56,370 nucleotides of DNA from an uncultured Candidatus Bathyarchaeia archaeon (GTDB lineage Archaea; Thermoproteota; Bathyarchaeia; EX4484-135), in contig CAZWYW010000002.1 of NCBI GenBank assembly GCA_964638535.1, positions 1 through 56,370 on the forward strand. The letters are read 5' to 3'. The notes under the pieces are model-generated. The model saw nothing but the letters and a program-made list of their open reading frames with translations, was not told the DNA's origin and made no database searches. Made by a program: the position numbers and the translations under genes. Below are positions 45,672 through 52,395 of the stretch, piece by piece (position 1 is the first letter of the stretch; every line of letters begins with the position of its first letter).

Positions 45672-46379
45672 ATGTCGGCCCAGCTAACAGACGAGCACGG
45701 TGCTTTCTTGGTCCGCTTGGCCAGGAAGGCCATAGAGGAATACCTGCGCTCCGGGACTGTGGTAGAGCCGCCAGCCGACACGCCCCAGCGTCTCTGGGAG
45801 CCCATGGGGGTCTTCGTCACGCTGAACAAGCTCGTGGGAGGCCGGAAGATGCTCAGGGGCTGTATAGGGTTCCCATATCCTCAGAAGCCGCTCGTGAGGG
45901 CCACGATAGAAGCCGCTATAGCCTCGGCCACGGAGGACCCGCGTTTCCCGCCCGTCCAGCCGGACGAGATGGACGAGGTAGTGGTGGAGGTGAGTGTGCT
46001 CACCCAGCCCGAGCTGGTGCGCGTGAGCGACCCGAGGGAATACCCGAAGGCCATAAAGGTAGGCCGTGATGGCCTCATCGTAGAGAAAGGCGTCTTCAGA
46101 GGCCTCCTCCTCCCCCAAGTGCCGGTCGAGTGGGGCTGGGATGAACAGACCTTCCTGAGCCAGACCTGCATGAAAGCCGGCCTTTACCCCGATGCCTGGC
46201 TGGACCCGGACACACGCATCTACCGTTTCCAGGCCATAATCTTCGAGGAAGAGGAGCCCCGAGGCCCCGTGAAGCGTAGGGAGCTAACGCCTTCAGGCCG
46301 GGCGGGAGGAAGCATAGGGCAGGTCCACCTTCCCGAGGAATCGCTCAAGGATGGTGACCTGCTCGAAGACCACTATTAA
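45672..46379 (+). CDS. AMMECR1-domain protein
   Basis: GVFVTLNK...LRGCIGFPYPQKPLVRATIEAAIASATEDPRFPPV...GLLLPQV is the AMMECR1 core. About 30 residues follow the usual family end (after ...EPRGPVKRREL). Confidence 0.85.
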   Translation: MSAQLTDEHGAFLVRLARKAIEEYLRSGTVVEPPADTPQRLWEPMGVFVTLNKLVGGRKMLRGCIGFPYPQKPLVRATIEAAIASATEDPRFPPVQPDEMDEVVVEVSVLTQPELVRVSDPREYPKAIKVGRDGLIVEKGVFRGLLLPQVPVEWGWDEQTFLSQTCMKAGLYPDAWLDPDTRIYRFQAIIFEEEEPRGPVKRRELTPSGRAGGSIGQVHLPEESLKDGDLLEDHY

Positions 46380-46945
46380 GCCGCCTTCCTTGGCCACACG
46401 GGCGGCTTCTGCTAAAGCGCGCCCTGGGTCGCTGAAGTAAGAGACACCCCTCCTATGAGCACCTTATTGAACGTGCCAGGGGCGAAGGGCAAGTGTTCCG
46501 CGCAGCCCAGGAAGAGGTGGACAGGGCCAAGGCCGAGTTGCTCGACCTTGCGGGCATAAATGCGCAACATCTCCTCTGAGATAACAAGGCCGACGAGCAG
46601 GCAGCCCGTCCTGGCGCGTATGTAGGGCAGGTTGCCGCCCATCACGCATACCCCAAGCCTATCGTAGAGAGGCGCGTAGAGACTGTAAAGTGCCCTCGAG
46701 AGAGTGTTAAAAGCCCGGAGGCATTCCGGCAGCCTCAGGACAGGCAGGCCTTCTCTTATCCGGAAGGAGCAAACGTAAGCACGGCATACTAGGGCTCCAT
46801 TCAGGATTTCCCCGCCGCTCTCACGGCTCCTGAGCTCGAGCTCGCCGCCGCAAGCCGGGCACCTTAGGAAAGCAAGCGCTTCCCTGAGTAGCCCAGCCGC
46901 CCTTAGGGGCCTAGGGAGCCCCTCTAAAAAGCCTGGAGACGCCAT
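46303..46945 (-). pseudogene. Trm112-like zinc-ribbon/class I methyltransferase fusion, frameshifted and with degenerate SAM motif
   Basis: ORF 46412..46945 has the zinc ribbon LRCPACGGELE...ALVCRAYVCSFRIREGLPVL, then a methyltransferase-like region whose motif I reads VCVMGGNLP and whose beta-2 acidic residue is V (GLVIS). The expected C-terminus (YFSDPGRALAEAARVAKEGGLIVVFEQ...) is encoded in another frame just downstream, down to a TGA at 46303-46305. Confidence 0.5.
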
Positions 46946-46946
46946 A

Positions 46947-47891
46947 TTACCGCAGGCGCCTCAGCACGGCCACGAAGAGACCGCCCGTGTCGTTGAGGTG
47001 TGGGTAGAAGCGGGCGCAGTAGGCTAGGTCGGGGTGGAGCTCATGCCCATCCCACTCCGTCAGGCCTGGCTCGTAACGCAGGCTTTCTAGCTCCACGGGC
47101 AGCACCTCCAGGCCCTCCACGCGCCTTAGCACGTAATCCACCACTAGCTCGTTCTCCTCTGGCGCGAAGGTGCATGTCGAGTAGACCACCAGGCCCCCCG
47201 GCCTCACAAGCCTCACGGCCCTCAGGAGCAGCGCTCTCTGGAGCTTGTGCATACGCCAGTAGAGACGCGGCCCCAACGCCCTCAGAACGCTCAGGTCTTT
47301 CCTCACCACGCCCTCGCAACTGCATGGCGCGTCTACTAGGACCTTATCGAACTGGCAGACAGCTGGGAACCTACGGCCATCGTAGAGGGTAGCGCTCATG
47401 TTCATCACGCCTAAGCGCTCGTAGTTGTCCCTCAGCAGGGAGAGGCGCGAGAGGCTCACGTCATTAGCTACCACGTGACCGGTATTACCCATGAGCTGGG
47501 CTATCTGCGTCGCCTTGCTGCCCGGCGCGGCACAGAGGTCTAAGACGAGTTCACTGGGCTCGAGGTCCATGAGGAGCGGAGGTATCATAGATACCTCCTC
47601 CTGCGGGTGAATGAGGCCCAGGAAGTACTCAAATAGGTTTCCTGGCTTCTCCACGCCTAGCAGCTTTATGCCGTGCTCGTACCAGCCTAAGGGCTTAAAT
47701 TTTATACCGCGTTCCTCCAAGCTGGCTAACACATCTTCTAAAGACGCTTTCAGCGTGTTTATGCGAACTGTCTTGGGAAGCGGGCTAGCCACACACTTGA
47801 GGAACTCGCTGAACCGCGGTATTATGCTCTCGTAACGCCTCAGCGGGGCAAACAGATCAGCTGTCTCCCTGGGCTGGCACATCACGGGCAT
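46947..47891 (-). CDS. NOL1/NOP2/Sun-family RNA cytosine-C5 methyltransferase
   Basis: The family motifs are DLCAAPGSKATQIAQLM, DKVLVDAPCSCEGV and VYSTCTFAPEENE. The TATA position suggests the real start may be the ATG at 47882. Confidence 0.85.
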   Translation of the reverse strand: MPVMCQPRETADLFAPLRRYESIIPRFSEFLKCVASPLPKTVRINTLKASLEDVLASLEERGIKFKPLGWYEHGIKLLGVEKPGNLFEYFLGLIHPQEEVSMIPPLLMDLEPSELVLDLCAAPGSKATQIAQLMGNTGHVVANDVSLSRLSLLRDNYERLGVMNMSATLYDGRRFPAVCQFDKVLVDAPCSCEGVVRKDLSVLRALGPRLYWRMHKLQRALLLRAVRLVRPGGLVVYSTCTFAPEENELVVDYVLRRVEGLEVLPVELESLRYEPGLTEWDGHELHPDLAYCARFYPHLNDTGGLFVAVLRRLR

Positions 47892-47906
47892 AGCTGCCTC
47901 CCCGGG

Positions 47907-47913
47907 TATTTAA
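47907..47913. promoter_or_regulatory. near-palindromic TATA box (TATTTAA), possibly bidirectional
   Basis: It lies about 28 nt upstream of ATG 47882 of the Sun-family gene on the minus strand. On the plus strand it lies about 25 nt upstream of the G-run at 47933-47938 that opens the structured element. Confidence 0.4.
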
Positions 47914-47934
47914 GCTGGGATAGGCGTGCTCCTG

Positions 47935-48222
47935 GGGGCGGGAAGGCATCATCCCTCAGCCAAGCCTGGTGTTCGTCACGGCACGCCCGTTGACCGCTGT
48001 TAGCGCCGGACCCTCATAAGGCTTACCACGGGGAACGCGACCAGCCTCTCCTCCTGCGCGCCCTACGCCTGTGTCTGAGCCTGTGGCGCCAACGGAAGCG
48101 CAAACGGAGCCTGCCGAATGCCCTCCCTATGGCCGTTATGAACCTGGGCCTTCCGGGCGGCCTCTCGCTGGTAGTCCGCTCCCCATCAACCGACATGGCC
48201 GATGGGAGCGGGTGAGGACAAC
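47935..48222 (-). ncRNA. candidate structured ncRNA, RNase P RNA-like; identity and strand uncertain
   Basis: The region has no ORF of 60 aa or more in any frame, in otherwise ORF-prone GC-rich DNA. It contains strong hairpins and a ~19-bp long-range helix. Minus-strand motifs appear in RNase P order: GGAAGGCCCAGG, CCAUAGGGAGGGCA, GUGGUAAGCC, GCUAACAGCGG, ACGAACACCAGGCUUGG. See the finding for caveats. Confidence 0.4.
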
Positions 48223-48593
48223 TAGATAAGATTTTTCCGGCGACTAAATGATGCCCTTATACACGAGATTATCGAAGACACGGGCTTCGTCTTGGCTAAG
48301 TGAGGCCTCGTGCACGTAAACTTCGGGGCCAGGCATGCCTCACACAAGTAAGTCCCCGGGCTACGCCCCCGTTAGAGAGGTCCTCTATTATGACGCAATA
48401 GCTGGCCTCGCTCCCGCAGCCCACGCATACGGGCCTGGTGCTATTTCTACTAGTTATCTCATGCACTTTGGTTGTCTGCGTGACCGACCCTCTAACAAAG
48501 TTAAATATTCAACTTATTAGTATTACGCGACTTAGCGTAAACAGTTGTCAGCAATCCTCTTATTATGAGGCCGGGTTAAGATGGAGGTGGTGG

Positions 48594-49793
48594 ATGAGGA
48601 TGGGCGAGGTACCAGGCTTCCTAATCACCGATATAGACGATGAAACTCTAGCGAAGATGGCGGAGGTAGTTGTCAGGTGCATGAACATGCATGAGGGCGA
48701 GGCTGTCTGGATAAGAGCTGGCCTCCATGCCTGGCGCTTCGCTGAGCGCATCCGCTACGAGCTCCTCATGCGCGGCGTATCCAGCGTGGCCACCTTCACG
48801 AGCGATTGGTTCGTGGAACACGCTTACGTGGATGCCCCTGAGCGCTACTTGTCCATGACGCCGAAGGAAGAGAGAGCCCTGGCCGAGGCCGTGGATGGCG
48901 TGATCACCATAGAGCAGCCTTGGGACCCCCTCGTGATGGCCAGGGTTCCGAGGGAGAAGTTAGACGCGCGGACAATGGGCTTCTACCCAGTCAGGAAGAC
49001 CATCTTAGCTAAGAAGTGGTGTTACGTGGGCTACCCGAGCGAGCCCATGGCCCGCTCTCTAGGCGTGCCCTACGGGGAGCTCAAAGAGCTCATAATAGGG
49101 GGCATGCTCTATGACCCAGAGAGGCTCCGCTCCGATTGCGAGAAAATAGCGCGGGCGCTCAGGGGAGCCGATTGGGTCCGCATAACAGATGAGTTCGGCA
49201 CAGATCTAGAGCTCCGCATCAGCGGCCGCCGCATCAACACGGACGACGCCATAATAAGCGATGAGGACGTGGCGAAGGGCGATACGGGCTCTAACCTGCC
49301 GGCTGGCGAGGTCTTCATAGCGCCTATAGAGACAGTGGGCGAGGGGAAGCTCTACTGCCCGCTGACGCGCGACCGCTTCACCAGGCGCCTCATTAAGGGC
49401 GTGACGCTCGTGTTCAAGGAGGGCCGCCTGGTCCTAGATGAGTGCAGTGCGGAGGAGAACGCGGAGGACCTTAAGCAGACCATCCAGCGCTGCATGAGGA
49501 TAGACGAGGAGAAGGTGCGGAAAGGCGAGATACCGGAGGTCCGCACGGCGAACGTGGCCGAGCTCGGCATAGGACTGAACGGCGCCATAAAAAAGGCCAT
49601 AGGCTACATACTCACGGATGAGAAGATAGGGGGCTCAGTGCACGTGGCCATAGGCGCTAACAAGACCTACGGCGGCACCAGCGAATCTACCCTCCACTGG
49701 GATTTCGTCACGGCGCCGAAGGCGACCGTAGAAGTCATCTACATAGATGGCTCCAGCCGTATCATTATGGAGGAAGGGAAGCTAGCGCTATGA
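48594..49793 (+). CDS. M29-family aminopeptidase (AmpS/aminopeptidase T-like)
   Basis: The internal ATG 48594 is preceded by GGAGGTGGTGG. GSNLPAGEVFIAPIE and GGSVHVAIG...TLHWDFV are M29 signatures. The AT-rich upstream 52 codons of the ORF are not coding-like. Confidence 0.85.
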   Translation: MRMGEVPGFLITDIDDETLAKMAEVVVRCMNMHEGEAVWIRAGLHAWRFAERIRYELLMRGVSSVATFTSDWFVEHAYVDAPERYLSMTPKEERALAEAVDGVITIEQPWDPLVMARVPREKLDARTMGFYPVRKTILAKKWCYVGYPSEPMARSLGVPYGELKELIIGGMLYDPERLRSDCEKIARALRGADWVRITDEFGTDLELRISGRRINTDDAIISDEDVAKGDTGSNLPAGEVFIAPIETVGEGKLYCPLTRDRFTRRLIKGVTLVFKEGRLVLDECSAEENAEDLKQTIQRCMRIDEEKVRKGEIPEVRTANVAELGIGLNGAIKKAIGYILTDEKIGGSVHVAIGANKTYGGTSESTLHWDFVTAPKATVEVIYIDGSSRIIMEEGKLAL

Positions 49794-50452
49794 GCGCCCA
49801 CAGGAATCGCCCGGCCAGGCTCGTGCTCAAGCCCTTCGTGGTAGGCTGGCTCTCCACGAACTGCTACCTCCTAGCCGATCGCGAGGCCGGCGAAGCAGCG
49901 GTGGTAGATCCCGGCACGAGTTCCGAGGAGGAACTAGAGCCGCTGTTAAGGGAGGCGGACTGGTTAGGCGTGGAGATACGCTTCATCATCAACACGCACG
50001 GGCACCCCGACCATGTGGCGGGCAACTCACGCCTTAAGGAACTCACAGGAGCCCGCGTGCTCATACATGAGGCTGATGCGGACATGCTCCTGATACCTCC
50101 TTGGCCCTGGCCAGGTTTGAAGCCCATGAGGCCGGACGGCACGCTCACTGAGGGCGACGTGATACGCGTGGGCGAGCTCACTTTTCGCGTGCTTCACACG
50201 CCCGGCCACACAAGGGGAAGCATCTGCCTTTACTGCTCCGAGGAGGCCGTGCTGGTCTCGGGCGACACGCTCTTCGCGGGCTCCATAGGCCGCACCGACT
50301 TGCCCGAGTCCTCGCACGAGGACATGATGCGCTCCCTCGCCCGCTTGGCTAAGCTGCCCGATGAAACAACCGTTTACCCTGGCCATGGCCCTCTGACCAC
50401 GATAGGAGCCGAGAAGGCCGGGAATCCCTTCTTGAAGGCCCTTCTCGGGTAG
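49790..50452 (+). CDS. MBL-fold metallo-hydrolase (glyoxalase II-like)
   Basis: The motifs are INTHGHPDHVAGN, HTPGHTRGS and GDTLFAGSIGRTD. The start overlaps the upstream stop (ATGA). Confidence 0.85.
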   Translation: MSAHRNRPARLVLKPFVVGWLSTNCYLLADREAGEAAVVDPGTSSEEELEPLLREADWLGVEIRFIINTHGHPDHVAGNSRLKELTGARVLIHEADADMLLIPPWPWPGLKPMRPDGTLTEGDVIRVGELTFRVLHTPGHTRGSICLYCSEEAVLVSGDTLFAGSIGRTDLPESSHEDMMRSLARLAKLPDETTVYPGHGPLTTIGAEKAGNPFLKALLG

Positions 50453-50570
50453 ATTAGCAGGCGCTAACGCATGTCAGAATACAGGAGCACCTCACCCCGG
50501 TTTGTCCTTCCCCTCATCTAACTGCTGCTCGGTTCAGATATATCTTCGCCGAGCCCAGCGGTCCCTTAGA

Positions 50571-51047
50571 TCACCGCTCGATGAAGAACTTGGCCACGGC
50601 CTTGCCTATGTAGCCGTTCAAGAAACTGGCGATTATGAAGTTGGCCACGGAAATGAACAGCTTGGCCTCGGGGAAGGCCGCCCTCAGCAGGCTGCTCGGC
50701 GGCCACACTAACAGGCCCACGACGATGAGCGAGGCCACGGCGAGCGCGAGACCGTGTAAGAACAGCCTGAAAACGTCCTCGAGCGTAGAGAACTCTACTT
50801 CGGCGGGGAACCAGAGGCAATTAGTTATGATGGTGTTGATGGCGCCGAAACCCACGAAGAGGAGGGCGAGGCCCAGCAGCAGGCCCAGCACGAAGCCTAT
50901 TATGACTAGGATGGCTGTTATGAAGGCCCAGAGCACTAAGAACGCCAGTGTGAGACCTGCCAAGATGACGCCGTGCGCGAAGTACTTAAGGGCTGTCACC
51001 CAGCTTTTTTCGCGCTCTTCCACTAACATGGGCTTCTCTACGAACAC
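50571..51047 (-). CDS. hypothetical integral membrane protein
   Basis: 158 aa with about four hydrophobic helices (e.g. VILAGLTLAFLVLWAFITAILVIIGFVLGLLLGLALLFVGFGAI). It is on the same strand as, and 42 nt downstream of, the xpf-coupled gene. Confidence 0.5.
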   Translation of the reverse strand: MFVEKPMLVEEREKSWVTALKYFAHGVILAGLTLAFLVLWAFITAILVIIGFVLGLLLGLALLFVGFGAINTIITNCLWFPAEVEFSTLEDVFRLFLHGLALAVASLIVVGLLVWPPSSLLRAAFPEAKLFISVANFIIASFLNGYIGKAVAKFFIER

Positions 51048-51089
51048 ATAGAGGACTCAGCCTGGAAGGTCATAAGATTTTCGCCCTGC

Positions 51090-51488
51090 CTAGGAGACGT
51101 GGGGCTCGCTCAGGGCGGGCTTGGTCTTGACCTCGACCACGCTACCCGCGTCCTCGGCCAACACAGCCCTCAGGATGGCCTTGAAGACACGCATATCAGA
51201 TGCGTTCACCACGGGTAGTTGGGCGCCGCGCTCTATCTCTATTACCTTCCGGTACTCCGGATAACGGGCATAACACACATGGCTCACGTAGAAGATGCCG
51301 TCGTCCATCTCGCGCTTAAAGGATTCCTCGTAGACCTCCACGCACATCAGATAGCCGTCTACCCAAAAGAGCCTGTTCACGCTGTATGTGAGAGCGCAGT
51401 AGAGGAGGTTCTTAGGCTCCCTGCAGTCGTAGCCCAAGACGACAACGTGCCTGACAGGCCTGAGCTCAACTTCTATCTCCGAGGACAA
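51090..51488 (-). CDS. hypothetical protein (132 aa), translationally coupled to xpf
   Basis: The TTG start at 51488 lies 16 nt inside the 3' end of xpf. Codon usage is coding-like and no family is recognised. Confidence 0.5.
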   Translation of the reverse strand: MSSEIEVELRPVRHVVVLGYDCREPKNLLYCALTYSVNRLFWVDGYLMCVEVYEESFKREMDDGIFYVSHVCYARYPEYRKVIEIERGAQLPVVNASDMRVFKAILRAVLAEDAGSVVEVKTKPALSEPHVS

Positions 51489-52204
51489 TTGGCCTTCTCC
51501 CCCTCCGCCCCGCTCTCATAGGGCGTGTGGAGGACCGATTTAACCTTCTCCACTATTTTGGGCCCGAAGCCCTTCAGCTCGCGGGCCCACAGGTCCACGC
51601 GTTGGAGGGCCTGCATCGGCGTCCCGTAGGCCCTTAAGAGCGCTATGGCCTTCTCGCGCCCCACATTCGGCAGGCTGGCGAGAAAGAAGACCTGGGCCTC
51701 GGCCAAGCTCTCGAAGCGCTTCACGGGGTGCACTTTAGGCGTCCTGCGCTCGGCTAGCTGCTCTTGCTTGCAAGCCGTTATGATGAAATCAGCGCTCTCC
51801 TTGTAGTTGAGCGTGGGCACGACGGCTATGCCATGCTTGGCCAAGGCAAAGAGTGCTCCCCACACGGACGCAGGTTTTATACGGCTGAACTTGTATATTA
51901 TGGGCATGTAGCCCTCCAAGAGCAGGATAGGGCGTTCGTAGTAGTCCTTGAGCTCGAAGACCTGTTCGAAGAGCTGCCTGCGCGTGAGCGTGTAAGCGAA
52001 ATCGCGCACCGTCTTGCGCTCTATGGCCACGCGGTCGGATACTATGTAGTCCCCGCGCGGTAAGGCGCGTATGGCTACCTCAGCGCCCAACTCCCTCAGC
52101 CTGTTGACGAGCTTCTGGGCCGCCACTGCCTCCCGGCTATCAACTATGACTAGGAGCACCTGCTCGCCTCTCTCACGCACATAGGGGATCAGGCTCTCGG
52201 ACAA
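51473..52204 (-). CDS. xpf: short-form XPF/ERCC4 structure-specific endonuclease
   Basis: The ERCC4 motif is VIVDSRE...LPRGDYIVSDRVAIERKTVRDF. A C-terminal (HhH)2 region follows (LASLPNVGREKAIALLRAYGT). There is no helicase domain, as in crenarchaeal XPF. The start is TTG. Confidence 0.85.
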   Translation of the reverse strand: MSESLIPYVRERGEQVLLVIVDSREAVAAQKLVNRLRELGAEVAIRALPRGDYIVSDRVAIERKTVRDFAYTLTRRQLFEQVFELKDYYERPILLLEGYMPIIYKFSRIKPASVWGALFALAKHGIAVVPTLNYKESADFIITACKQEQLAERRTPKVHPVKRFESLAEAQVFFLASLPNVGREKAIALLRAYGTPMQALQRVDLWARELKGFGPKIVEKVKSVLHTPYESGAEGEKANCPRR

Positions 52205-52257
52205 GGCTGCTCACCCCGGGCTAGCAGGGGAGCGGGTTAAGCGTTGTTAATGAAAGG

Positions 52258-52264
52258 TAAATAA
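52258..52264 (+). promoter_or_regulatory. TATA-like element for the C/D box sRNA
   Basis: TAAATAA is centred about 25 nt upstream of the sRNA terminal stem (52286). Confidence 0.35.
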
Positions 52265-52285
52265 GGGGCGGGGAGGTGGGCGTAA

Positions 52286-52344
52286 GTGGCCGTGATGAAC
52301 AATTCCGGGCGGGACAAGTGACGACGACGGGCAGTCTGAGCCAC
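52286..52344 (+). ncRNA. C/D box sRNA (2'-O-methylation guide)
   Basis: The layout is: terminal stem GTGGC/GCCAC, C box GTGATGA (52292-52298), 12-nt spacer, D' GGGA, 3-nt linker, C' GTGACGA (52318-52324), 11-nt guide, D box CTGA (52336-52339). It is intergenic, with archaeal-typical spacing. Confidence 0.6.
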
Positions 52345-52395
52345 TCAGGTCTTGGGGCAGCATGCTTATAGCTGCCCTCGCCTCAAGCTTTCATC

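Noticed and set aside
47931-48240. SRP (7S) RNA as the identity of the structured element
   Set aside because: The length would fit. However, neither strand shows the invariant helix 8 pattern (a GNAR tetraloop followed by G-AGCA), there is no AGCA at all in the core, and the long helix leaves about 85 nt at one end, which does not fit an SRP Alu/S-domain layout.
48296-48420. Additional hairpins (GTGAGGC...GCCTCAC, GGCCTCG...CGGGGCC) and a tRNA-like closing stem GGGCTACG...CGCAGCCC
   Set aside because: No T-arm (GTTCRANYC) or D-arm features are present and no box motifs are visible. These are probably 5' flanking or promoter-proximal structure, or the 5' region of the neighbouring ncRNA. The evidence is insufficient to call a gene.
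48438-48593. AT-rich N-terminal 52 codons of ORF 48438..49793, and the 61-aa ORF 48335..48520
   Set aside because: Composition and codon usage are unlike the genes here. A strong GGAGGTGGTGG precedes ATG 48594 and a TATA (CTCTTATTATGAGG) lies about 30 nt upstream, so this region is promoter or leader.
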